Assembly: GCF_006345805.1 (NCBI RefSeq) | Contig: NC_043019.1 | Span: 22,877,360 to 22,941,359 of the forward strand | Reading direction: 5' to 3' | DNA: 64,000 nucleotides | Origin: Octopus sinensis | Taxonomy: Eukaryota | In this document: positions 22,875 to 34,520 of the stretch, in pieces | Layout of the letters: each line of letters starts with the position of its first letter | Position numbering within the stretch: position 1 is the first letter of the stretch | Made by a program: the position numbers and the translations under genes | Notes under the pieces: generated by a model | The model's database searches: none | Told to the model about the DNA's origin: nothing | Seen by the model: the letters and a program-made list of their open reading frames with translations, nothing else

Positions 22875-23258
22875 TTACTCTTTACTCTTTTTACTTGTTT
22901 CAGTCATTTGACTGCGGCCATGCTGGAGCACCGCCTTTAGTCGAGCAAATCGACCCCGGGACTTATTCTATCGGTCCCTTTTGCCGAACCGCTAAGTGAC
23001 GGAGACGTAAACACACGAGCATCGGTTGTCAAGCAATGCTAGGGGGACAAACACAGACGCACAAACACACATATATACATATATATACATATATACGACA
23101 GGCTTCTTTCAGTTTCCGTCTACCAAATCCACTCACAAGGCATTGGTCGGCCCGGGACTATAGCAGAAGACACTTGCCCAAGATGCCACGCAGTGGGACT
23201 GAACCCGGAACCATGTGGTTGGTTAGCAAGCTACTTACCACACAGCCACTCCTGCGCC
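22875..23258 (-). mobile_element. SINE family B, full length
   Basis: Colinear with other B copies apart from a small internal deletion. Confidence 0.9.
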
Positions 23259-24497
23259 TATATTGTAAAAAATACTTTTATATCTGAATGGAATATTGTC
23301 TTCTTTTCCTTTCATACAAACTGTCAAATTTAGCCCGAACACCCTAGATACAAACGCGCGCGCGCGAGCGTAATTACAACGAGCATGTAATTTGGTGCAT
23401 GCAGACGTATAGATAGATAGATAGATAGATAGATAGAGAAGCGGCGGAGGAGGGAGGGGGAGAGAGAAACTAAAGGGGAAGAGGAAGAAGGAACTGTGTG
23501 ATGAAAGCGTATTTAAAAGTCGTGATGATGATGATGAGGCGGTGGCGGCTGAGGCAAGGATGGCAAGCAATTGGTGGCGATGGTGGCGACGGTGCTGACT
23601 GAAACATGATGGAAACGGTAGAAAGCCAAAAACAAACAAAAAAGGGGAACACAATCAGATCAGTTGTGTATTAAAGGAAGGAAGGAAAAAAAATGGAAGA
23701 GGGAGTAAAGAGAGGAACGAAGGGAGGGAGGGAGGGAGGGAAGGAGTTCATAACCCCCCCCCCGATATTGCATTTGCTCCTCAAGAGAACTGACAGCGCT
23801 ACACGTTTGGTGGTGGTGGCGGCGGCGGCGGTGATGGTGGTGGTGGCGGCGGCGGTGGTATGGTAGTGATGAGAGGAGGAGGAGGGAGGAGGAGGTAATA
23901 CTAGGGGGGAAAAAGGCAGTTTTAAAGAGGCCACGGCAACAGCAGCTACTACTTTTCCTACACCCATCATCGCTTTACTACAACCGCATCACATTACTTT
24001 ATTTCAGAAGGAAAACCGAAAGGAGCAAACAACAGTAGTAGCAGCAGCGGCAGCAGAAGATGAATTAAGGGATCTGCTAGGGGTTGATGGGTGGGGTGGG
24101 GTGGGGTGGGGTGGGGTGTTTGTAGCAATGTACATGTAGCAGAATCTCACTACTACTACTACTGTTAATCATACAACACGATATATCATATGTGTCCGTA
24201 CGCAAGTGTATCTATCTATCCATATCTATCTATCTATATATATCTATATATATATATATATAAGCAACAGTGACTCAAGGAACGAGAGCTTTGTGCGTTA
24301 GCACTTAACTAGTTACAGATCGATTTATATATATATATATATATACAAACACATATAGACAGAGAGGTGTGAAAGTAATGATAAACATAAACGCACACAT
24401 ACACGCACAATATACATATATATATATATATGTATATTGTGCGTATGTATATGTTTGTGTGTGTGTATGTATGTATGTATATATATATATATATAAT

Positions 24498-24656
24498 TTT
24501 ATTGGTAAAAACGGTAAGATAACAAAAGAAAGAAAAAGACCTCAATATTATGTAAATAGAGGAATTTTATCTGTAAAATATGTGACAATTATTCAATAGC
24601 CAAGATAAAACTCTGAGTTTCGGATGCCGAGGTGGAAATCCACAACACCATCTCTT
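24498..24656 (+). repeat. (TA)n-adjacent short element family Q
   Basis: ATTGGTAAAAACGGTAAGATAAC..GTGACAATTATTCAATAGCCAAGATAAAACTCTGAGTTTCGG; homologous to 57686-57900. Confidence 0.8.
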
Positions 24657-24877
24657 ATCTATTTATCTATCTATCTATCTACTTCCATACAGTACTTAGC
24701 ATTCTACTGTATGGAAATGAAACTTGGACGCTATTCTAACATATTCTAACAGTCCCTTTTGCTGAACCGCTAAGTTACAAGGGATATAACCATACCAACA
24801 TCGGTTGTCAAGCGGTAGTCGTGGACACAGACATGTGTGTATACATACATACATACATACATACATACATACATACA

Positions 24878-24908
<31 letters not shown>

Positions 24909-24923
24909 GTACGTACGTGCATA

Positions 24924-25859
24924 CAAGGTGTTCAGGATAAATTTAATGGTTTTTGTCTCCTTTTCTCAGGAACAGCTTGACGTATTGGTGAACAGTCAAC
25001 GGCGTTAGGGAGAATAAAGATTAAAATTTGCAACTGAGAAAATGTTAGCTGACATGGAGGCGTGGAAGCCATCTCAAAAAAACTGGAAAAGAGTTGCCTG
25101 TATCATGATGATTCATGCCAGGTATTGAAATCCTGACATCATGACTGCTGTCCAATGCTTTGTGAACATTGTAAAAGCTGAGAGCCGTGATATGGACAGC
25201 TGCAACAAAGACTACGAAGCCGTGGTCATCGGGAAGGGACACGATAAGCATACTGACCGCGGCCGCATGCCAGAATTCATCCAACAATTGCAGGATAAAG
25301 TGATGGACGACCCGAGCAAGGAAATCAGGTCTTTGGCAAGAGAGATGGGTGCTAGAGTCGCTACACTAAAGCTGGCCCTGAATAAAGACATTCGCTGCCT
25401 CGCACAAGAGACGAACGGGACGAATTTTGATAGCCAAGACCAAGGAGAACCGCTTGACGAATGCAATGAAGCTCCTGAGAACAAGCCGAGGCATCCTGCT
25501 GAGTCTGAGTTGATTTAGTTCTTCTCGGATGTAAAGAACTTCGGCTAGGACCAGTTGCACAACACCAGGTCACTTGCCTGCAATCCATGTGACTGTCTTC
25601 GGATGTGTCTCCGGTGGGGGTGATGTCCTATCGCTCCACATCTTTGAACAGGGCCATCGGCTCAATTCAGACGACTATGTAAAGCTGATGGTGACTGTGG
25701 TCAATACTTGGCTGGAGAGGGTCACTGCTGGAGGACCATATGTGTGGCAACAGGATTCAGTTTTCTTGTCATACTTCCAGAAAGCGTCACAAATGTTTGT
25801 CGGAGAATTTCTACGATCTCACCAGCCCCAGTGCCTGGCCTCCTAATTCCCCCGACTGT
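24924..25859 (+). pseudogene. Decayed maT/DD37D-like transposase with 5' TIR
   Basis: TA|CAAGGTGTTCAGG start. Peptides DDPSKEIRSLAREMG (HTH), FFSDVKNF, VTVFGCVS, YVWQQDS, CHTSRK and AWPPNSPDC lie across several frames. Confidence 0.85.
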
Positions 25860-26101
25860 ATACACACACATCCCAGATATATAACATATGAAAGAAACAG
25901 AAAATGGAATTCACGCTCGTAAATTCCATTTCTTCTTTCTCTCTCATATGTTATATACACGACGGATACGAAGGAATTCTTGAACTAAATCCACTGGCGC
26001 TTATATCCATGCTGACGATGACATCCGGCAACTGAAGACAGTGAACGTACTTGGACAGCATACCAACAGGTGTAAATCCAAATATAAAATCATCACTCAT
26101 C

Positions 26102-26152
<51 letters not shown>

Positions 26153-26157
<5 letters not shown>

Positions 26158-26338
26158 AGAGTTTACGAAAAAAAACAGCAAAAGACGAAGACAGGTGGTG
26201 TACAAAACAAACAGATGTATTAGTATAACGCTCAGGGATAGAAAAAGTCTTTTACGTTTCGAGCCTACGCTCTTCTACAGAAAGGGACACAGAAAACAAG
26301 GAGAGAAAAAAAGTGTGTAGTGGCTAACGATCTATCAC
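26153..26338 (-). repeat. (TA)n-embedded element family H, copy 2 (hammerhead-like motif at 26249-26284)
   Basis: Minus strand CTTT-CTGTAGAA-GAGC-GTAG-GCTC-GAAACGTA-AAAG. Confidence 0.8.
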
Positions 26339-26360
26339 ATATATATATATATCCCAGCTT

Positions 26361-27740
26361 CCATCACTAACTCCATTTCACCATGCTTGTATGGGTGATC
26401 GGATCTTCTCGTAGTCCTTTGTCATCTGTTCTGACAAATTAACCTCTTAGAGATCAGTCCTCACCATTTCACCCTCACCAACTCTTCCTTCATCTTCCAC
26501 CAGTTTCATCCACTTCAAGCGATCGCTGTCTCTTTAAACACACATCACACACCAAACAAACCTAATTCTCTCTCTATTCCACACATCACTTTCTTGTTAT
26601 ACCTAGTTTTCCTCTCAACACATCAGCACTTCGTCGTTCATATACTCTGACACTACACATCCAGTGACAAGTATAAGATTCTAACCGTCGCAAATCCTCT
26701 ACATTCGAGAGTTCATTTATATCTAGCTACCCTAATGCATAACCGTTCGTACACTAGCCACATACCATCTGCCCTTCATTCGGAGGGAGAAGTCCTTTGT
26801 TGCTAGTAGCCATAGTGGCGCCCTTAACTTCCTCTGACTAGTATGCATTCAAAACTGCTTATTAGGTTACCTAGGTAACAGACTTGAAGAGAGCCACCCG
26901 GATATTTGAGAGAATCTATTTCCTGATTGCCCTTAAAGTCTATTACCCCCTCTGCATTTGCTGCAAATAAACTGTACCGTTAACCCGTCTGTTATTTCAC
27001 TACACAACTTGTTCATTTATTGTTTAACTACTCAGTATACAATGTCTACTAACCCTTTTTTCTGCTTAGTAACCACGGCCATTTCCTTGAAAGTAACCGG
27101 GCCCTCTCTTCTTCACTACTTACTAAAACTTTGAAGTTTCTCAATCTTAGATATTGCTTCAACAACTGAGATTTCATCAGTAAAACTACAACAAATTCAG
27201 ATGCAAGAACTAAGTTTTCAGCCAAGAGGAGACCCCAGAAATCGTTGGTCTTAAAACTCCTCTACTACAGCCTTTAGACTATAATTAACAGAGGAGGTTA
27301 AAAACTAGACCTAAATATATCCTTAACTGTACGCCCTGTCATTGAACTCACTCACGACTGCATCCCAGTACATGGCTTCGACAACCCTCATAAACCATGT
27401 CTAGCCCTACCTTTCTCAGTGTGCCCACATTACAGAGAGGAATCTTATCAAAGGCTTTCACCAGGTCAACAGATGTTAGGTATGGGGGTTTACTCTTGGC
27501 TAAGTCCTTCTGCATGTTATCTCGCTAAGACGATTGTTCGGTAGTCTCTCTCTTACTAATCCACACCCAAACTATGTTTAAACTTATACTCTTCCTAATC
27601 AAATGTGAAAGGCACTAAGTTCCAGAATCTGGTCGGTCCAACGACTCCTTGTCTCTGTAACTACTGCTGGTGGTATTATTTACCATTTGCCCTTGTGGCA
27701 GCTGATGATGATGCTGCAACGGCAGTCGCTGGATAAGATA
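26361..27740 (-). pseudogene. Highly decayed RTE-clade LINE reverse transcriptase and 3' end
   Basis: Minus-strand peptides AKSKPPYLTSVDLVKAFDKIP (cf. LYLAFVDLEKAFDRVP) and WGLLLAENLVLAS (cf. WELLYADDLVL). 3' end CACCCATACAAGCATGGTGAAATGG. Confidence 0.78.
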
Positions 27741-27752
27741 TATTCCTAATAG

Positions 27753-27980
27753 GGCGGCGAGCTGGCAGAAACGTTAGCGCGCCGGACGAAATGCTTAGCG
27801 GTATTTCGTCTGCGTTACGTTGTGAGTTCGAATCCGCCGAGGTCGACTTTGCCTTTCATCCTCTCCGGGTCGATAAATAAAGTACCAGTTTCGCACCGGG
27901 TCGATATAATCGACTTAATCCCTTTGTCTGTCCTTGTTTGTCCCCTCTATGTTTAGCCCCTTGTGGGCAATAAAGAAATA
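27753..27980 (+). mobile_element. SINE family A (A1), full length
   Basis: Complete head to tail; ATATATTCCTA repeated on both flanks (TSD). Confidence 0.92.
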
Positions 27981-28147
27981 TATATTCCTATTATTTGATT
28001 GACCTATCAGAAGGAACAGACATTTTAATCATCTCCTTGGTTTACGTCTGATGGAGCAGCTGTTGTCCCGGCTCTCGCACACTTAATTACACTTGCTATC
28101 AAATAACTGTCCATTACAATCGCTGCTCGTCCTTGCACTGACGCTGA

Positions 28148-28374
28148 GGCGGCGAGCTGGTAGAAACGTTAGCACGCCAGGCGAAATGCGTAGCCGTATT
28201 TCGTCTGCCGTTTACGTTCTGAGTTCAAATTCCGCCGAGGTCGACTTTGCCTTTCATCCTTTCGGGGTCGATAAATTAAGTAGCAGTTACGCACTGGGGT
28301 CGATCTAATCGACTTAATCCGTTTGTCTGTCCTTGTTTGTCCCCTCTATGTTTAACCCCTTATGGGTAGTAAAG

Positions 28375-28379
<5 letters not shown>
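28148..28379 (+). mobile_element. SINE family A (A1), full length
   Basis: Complete head to tail. Confidence 0.92.
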
Positions 28380-28413
<34 letters not shown>

Positions 28414-28416
<3 letters not shown>

Positions 28417-28825
28417 TTTACTCGTTTCAATCATTAGACTGCGGCCATGCTGGGGCATCACCTAGAAGAGCTTTTAGTCGAACGAATCGACCCCAGTAAT
28501 TATTTTTGGAAGCGTGGTACTTGTTTTATCGGGCTCTTTTTGAGTTAAGGGAATGTAAACACACCAATACCGGTTGTCAAGCGGTGGTGGAGAACAACAT
28601 ATACATAAGGACACATGGTTTGATTATATATGTATGTATATATATGTGTATTTATATACACACACACATACACACACGCGATAGGCTTTTTTCAGTTTAC
28701 ACCAACCAAATCCACTCACAAGACTTTGGTCGGCCCGAGGCTATAGTAGAAGACACTTGCCTAAGATGCCACACAGTGGGACTGAACTCGGAATCATGTT
28801 TTTGGGAAGCAAACTTCTGACCACA
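28414..28825 (-). mobile_element. SINE family B, older copy
   Basis: Degenerate but colinear. Confidence 0.8.
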
Positions 28826-29508
28826 CATCCACATACACACACATGTACAGCTTATACACATGTGTTGTGTGTCTCCGTTTATCACCCGGCTTGAAATCAC
28901 AATCTGATACTTTAGTAGAAACCACAATCTGAATCTTTAGTAGAGACCGTTCTGTTTCAAGCATCCGGGTCGAGTTTTCAAGTTAGGAACACCCTAGTTC
29001 TCTCTCTCTCATCCTCATCCTACTACTATTCCCAGTATTTCTGGAAAGATACATTGACAATGCCCTCCCTCTTGACTAAATTATTAAAATGAATCTAACT
29101 AGAGGCCGAGATAATCAACTGAATATAAGAAACCAGTAAAAGAATATAAGGAGATACGTATGTGCGTTCATGAGTATACGTACACACACAGACATATATA
29201 ACTATATACATACACATATACTTACACATACATACATGCACACAGACATATAAATATATACATACACATATACTTATGCATAACATACATACATACATAC
29301 ACACAGACATATACATACATACATACATACATAGGAGCCTGGAATTGCGGGGAACGAATGAGCGGAGAGTGCTCAATGCATGTAATATAGAGTATATCTG
29401 CTTTATTGAAAATGAAGATTTCGCTTTGTATATATATTATGTGTATGTATGTATGTAACTATATATATATTTAATCCAACTTTGTGCATAAATATATAAA
29501 TATATATA

Positions 29509-29719
29509 CTGGGGAGGGTGTTGAAAAGTTCTTGGCTTTGGATAAAAAAAAAAATACAAGAGGATCAGTTAATTATGATTTTATTCAACATATTCCCCCC
29601 TTCTCAGATTCAGTTATTGCAGCAGTCCTTCGGCTTAAAGAACTCGGAAGGGTGCCCCCCCCCCAACCAGGCCTTTCACGACACCCTTAAAGCCAGGAAC
29701 TTTTCAGCACCCTCCCTCG
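29509..29719. mobile_element. Mariner-type MITE
   Basis: TA|CTGGGGAGGGTGTTGAAAAGTTCTTGGCTTT ... AAAGCCAGGAACTTTTCAGCACCCTCCCTCG|TA. Confidence 0.82.
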
Positions 29720-29837
29720 TAAATACGCGAGCAAGCGGCAGAAAGTGCGCGTGTGCATCATGTATGCATGTGTATGCGTGCACATTGATATCCCAGCTTG
29801 GCTGCTATGCCCAATGCATCTAAAACCACAAGAACCT

Positions 29838-29856
29838 ACATATATATATATATATA

Positions 29857-29894
<38 letters not shown>

Positions 29895-30104
29895 CATATA
29901 TATATACATATATATATATATAATATATATATACACACATATATATTACATATATATATATACATACATATATACATATATATATATACATACATATATA
30001 TACATATATATATATACATACATATATACATACATACATACATATATATATACATAATATATACATACATACATACATATATATATACATACATATATAT
30101 ATAC

Positions 30105-30139
<35 letters not shown>

Positions 30140-30144
30140 CATAC

Positions 30145-30177
<33 letters not shown>

Positions 30178-30182
30178 CATAC

Positions 30183-30246
<64 letters not shown>

Positions 30247-30260
30247 ACATACATATATAC

Positions 30261-30303
<43 letters not shown>

Positions 30304-30329
30304 CATACATACATACATATATATATATG
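29838..30329. repeat. ~490-bp compound (TA)/(TACA) microsatellite, followed by a SINE B 3' half (30330-30512)
   Basis: Direct reading. Confidence 0.95.
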
Positions 30330-30971
30330 TATTTGTGTCTGTTTGTACACCCAACATCGTTTGACAACCGATGCTGGTATGTTTACGTCCCCGTAACTTA
30401 GCGGTTGGGTAAAACGGAACGATAGAATAAGAAATAGGCTCTGGGGTCGATTTGCTCGACTAAAGGCGGTGCTCCAGCAAGGCCGCAGTCAAATGGCTGA
30501 AACAAGTAAAAGATATATATATGTGTGTGTGTGTGTATGGATCTTTTCATTTTGAAGGCCAGATTTTCCTAGTTAACTAAATATAGGATATATATATATA
30601 TATGTTTGTGTGTATATATATATAAAGGTATGTGTATCCACACACACGCATACACAGAGATTGCTTCGTAATAATAATAGCATGAATGAGCCAGAGCGGT
30701 GGAGGTGAGCTAACTAATGGAGAGTGACTAAGACTGCACTGATGAACGTGAGTGTGAGGGTGGAGTGGAGGTGTTAAGAAATCGATGGTAGCTGGGGCGG
30801 AGAATGGATAGGGAGGGAAGGAAAGCTAGAAGAACAATATAACGTGCGTGGAGTGGTGGTGGTGCTGACGAGTTCCTTATATATGTACACACATAGTTAT
30901 ATACAAGCATATCTGAATTATTTCGGGGTGTTTCACATTCGTATTTGAACAAGCATGAATATATATATATA

Positions 30972-31112
30972 CAGGGTGTCCCCCCCGCCAAAAAAAATGT
31001 ATACACACCTTAAATAATTGTAAAATTTGTTATTCTTTGTAAGCCTAGTACTTATTCTATCGTTCTCTTTTGCCGAACCACTATGTGTATACATTTTTTT
31101 GGGGACACCCTG
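30972..31112. mobile_element. Tc1/mariner-type mini-MITE containing a SINE B fragment
   Basis: TA|CAGGGTGTCCCC..AAAAAAATGTATACACA ... TGTGTATACATTTTTTTGGGGACACCCTG|TA. Confidence 0.85.
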
Positions 31113-31117
31113 TACAC

Positions 31118-31156
<39 letters not shown>

Positions 31157-33543
31157 AAAGTAAGATAGGGGTTATGAATGTAACCCACTATGGGATATCA
31201 GTTATCCAATATATATATACACATATACATACACAGAGAAACACAAACATATATATACACATACGTGTATGTGTGTCTGATGATGGCTTAGCTAGCCGAA
31301 ATTTCGAAGTTACTGTCAGCTACATTCTGGTTTAAAAATAAATTTGCACTCTACTAAAGTATAGAATAACCGATGAGATTAATGTAAAAATGTTTTTTTT
31401 ATTATAACTGAACATAAAAGCAAACATCAATGTATGTGTGTGTTGTGTGTGTGTGTGTGTACCATATATGTGCTTAATGAAGAAACTTAGAGATGTAAAT
31501 TACGTTTATAATTAACGTTACATTACCTAGATACACATACCTTGCTTAAAACAAACTACAAATTCGGCAAATTGATTATGGAGGTGTATGTATGTATGTA
31601 TGTATATTACGGGTGGATAATGTGCATGAGAGCGTATATACATATATGTATGTGTTTGATGACATGCAAGTGATGAAGTAATGTGTATGTATACGGGTAT
31701 GTATGTACATGCGGGTATGAACTAGGGTGTCCGAGTACAACTGCATGTGTAAGCATTTGTGTGTGTGTGCGTATTTATTCATGTGTGTGTGTGTGTGTGT
31801 GTGTGTGTTCGTGTGTATGTGTGTGAATAGTTAAATATAGATTAATGTGTATGTATGTTAATGCTATCTTCATAGCAAAAACTGCGTGAAATTCGAGAAA
31901 ATCTGATTAAGTCTTACAAATAATTGTAAACTGGAGTTGTGTATATATATACACACACACACGTATATATATATAATGTGTGCGTATTTAATTGAGTGTG
32001 TCTACATGTGTGAGTAAATGTTAGTTGTGAATTCGAGTGAGAGATTAGCACAGTTATGTAAATATATCCTTTAATATACATACAGATTACTTCTTTAGAT
32101 GTAATGATACATCTTATCTATATATACATCATACACACCCAACTATATTTACATACTTATACATACACGTATGCTATATATACATATATATATATATATA
32201 TAAAGAGAGACAGACAGACAGAGAGTTATTAATAAGGCGATCAAGACCTCATTTATACATATATAAACGTAAAATATGCACAGTAGATGTATATACGTAG
32301 CAAAGCCCTCTACATTTAGCTACCCCCCTCTTTATATTGAAAAATTATTCCCCTCCACTCCTTCAAATGTTTGGATGAGCTGTGTATATAATAACACATA
32401 TATTAACGATTATATGTGTGAATGCATAAATGTGAGTGTGTGTGTATGTATATATATGTGTGTGTGCATGCCTCTGTGTGTATACACATATACAAAAACA
32501 CCTTCTGTTGTTCACAAAGGGTCAAATAAGCCTCTCTTAAATTTAAGGAGAAATCGTTTTATTATTATTGTTAGTGCGTCAGTTTAGCAGAATGATTTGA
32601 GTGTCGGAAAAATGAATGTCTTGTGATATATATATTCCTGCTCTTGATGTTCCGAGTTCAAATACCGCCGAAATCAACTTTGTATTTCATAGTGGGGGGC
32701 GATGATATCAACTAACCTATTCGCCCAAAATTGCTGGCCTCGTACTTAAATTAGAAAGTTGTTCGATTACATTACACATACATACACACACACACAGAAA
32801 ACGGTAAGTGTACATACATAGACAAATGTACACACACACACTTCTCAATAACACCAATGCCAAAACACAACTGTATGTATGTAGATATAGTGTGTGTGTG
32901 TTTGTAAAACGTAAAGCCCAAAGCGAAATTTTCCAAAAGTTACAATCACATATTTCATTCCCGTTGACCAAAATATTTTAAAATAAAAAGCAAAAAAAAA
33001 TAAATTAAACAATAGTAAATAAAATAAATATCTCTGGTTTCCTGCCTGTCATAACAGACAATTGTTAACCATTACCATCGACACAACCATCGCCAATGCC
33101 ACCGACAACATCAACACAACTCCTCGTCTTTAACAAACCAACGTGGGAGCTTCTAATACAGTTGCACAACAGGATCACAGCAGCAGCAGTTACAGATCCC
33201 TTAAACTATCTCCTACTAGTCCAATCCCCCCTCACTTCACCTATTCTACAGCTTTTAGAATGTCGGAGGGAGTAGGAGGTGGAACTTGGAGGTTTTCTTA
33301 AATTTCTGTTAAGGTTTCAGGCCACAACAACTTAGAAACGACGAAGTGCACCGCTTAATGAGATCAATAGGTTAGATTATAGCAGCCACATTCAAAAGTT
33401 AAAAAGAAAATCTTTATATCACATTACATTCCTACAAACAATATACTTCATTCTTTGTAGACTGAAGCAATATATATTTACTACAGCCAGAGGCTGTGTG
33501 ACCATGCTGGAACACCATCATTGGTATGATATTATTATTATTA

Positions 33544-34520
33544 AGGCAGCAGGCGGCAAAATGGTTAGCAGGTTAGGAAAATACTAAACGGCATTTTGTC
33601 CGTCTTTATGTTCTGAGTTCAAATTTCGTCAAAGCCGACTCTGCCTTTCATCTTTATGTGGTCGATGAATTAAGTACCAAATCGACAAGCTTCCACCCCA
33701 AAATTTCAGGCCTTGTGCCTTTAGCAGAAAGGATTATTATTATGAAGGTGAGAAGCAGGTAGAATCGTTTGCACGTTAGAAAAATGCTTAGCGGCATTTC
33801 GTCCGTCTTTACGTTGAGTTCAAATCCCGTCGACTTTGGCTTTCGTTCTCTTGGGTTCGATAAAATAAGTACCAGTTGAGTACCGGGGTCGATGTAATCG
33901 ACTTACCCAATCCCCTGTAGGCCTTGTGATAAAATTTGAAATTATTGTTATTATTAAGGCGGTGAGCTGGCAGAACCGTTAGCGAGCCGGACGAAATGCT
34001 TAACGATATTTCGCCCGTCGCTACGTTCTGAGTTCAAATTCCGCTGAGGTCGATTCGCCTTTCATCCTTTCGGGGACGATAAATTAAGTACCAGTTGAGT
34101 ACTGAGATCGATGCAACCGACTTAACCCCTCCCCCAAAATTTCAGGCCTTGTGCCTTTAGTAAAGATTATTATGAAGGCGGCGAGCTGGCAGAGTCGTTA
34201 GCATGTCGGACAAAATGTTTAGCGGTATTTTTCTGGCTTCGCGTTCTGAGTTCAAATTCCGCCGTGGTCGATGAAACAAGTACCAGTTGAGCATTAGCGT
34301 CGAAGTAATCGACTGGCTCCCTCTCCCAAAACTGCATGTCTTGTGCCTATAACAAGATTATTACTATGAAGGCAGCGAACTGGTAGAATTTCTTTGAGTT
34401 CAAATTCCGTTAAGATTGGCTTTTTACCTTTCATCCTTTCCGGGTTGACCCAAACAAATACTGGGGGTCGATGTAACCTTCTGTCCCTAAAACTGCTGAC
34501 TTTGTGTCAGAATTTGAACC
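33544..34520 (+). mobile_element. Tandem cluster of about 5 SINE A2 copies joined by (ATT)n
   Basis: Heads at about 33544, 33746, 33957, 34176 and 34370, each preceded by ATTA(T/C)TAT(T/G)AAGG. Confidence 0.85.

Noticed and set aside
27753-27850. tRNA-like sequences with A and B boxes (also 45514, 46115, 52413 and all B heads)
   Set aside because: Each continues into a SINE body and tail, and none closes a canonical cloverleaf.
29745-30401. Long ORFs rich in Y/I/H/T or C/V/M (also near 43.2k, 49.5-50.2k, 56.1-57.0k and 61.0-61.6k)
   Set aside because: They are translations of (TA)n/(TACA)n/(TG)n microsatellites, which lack stop codons in some frames.
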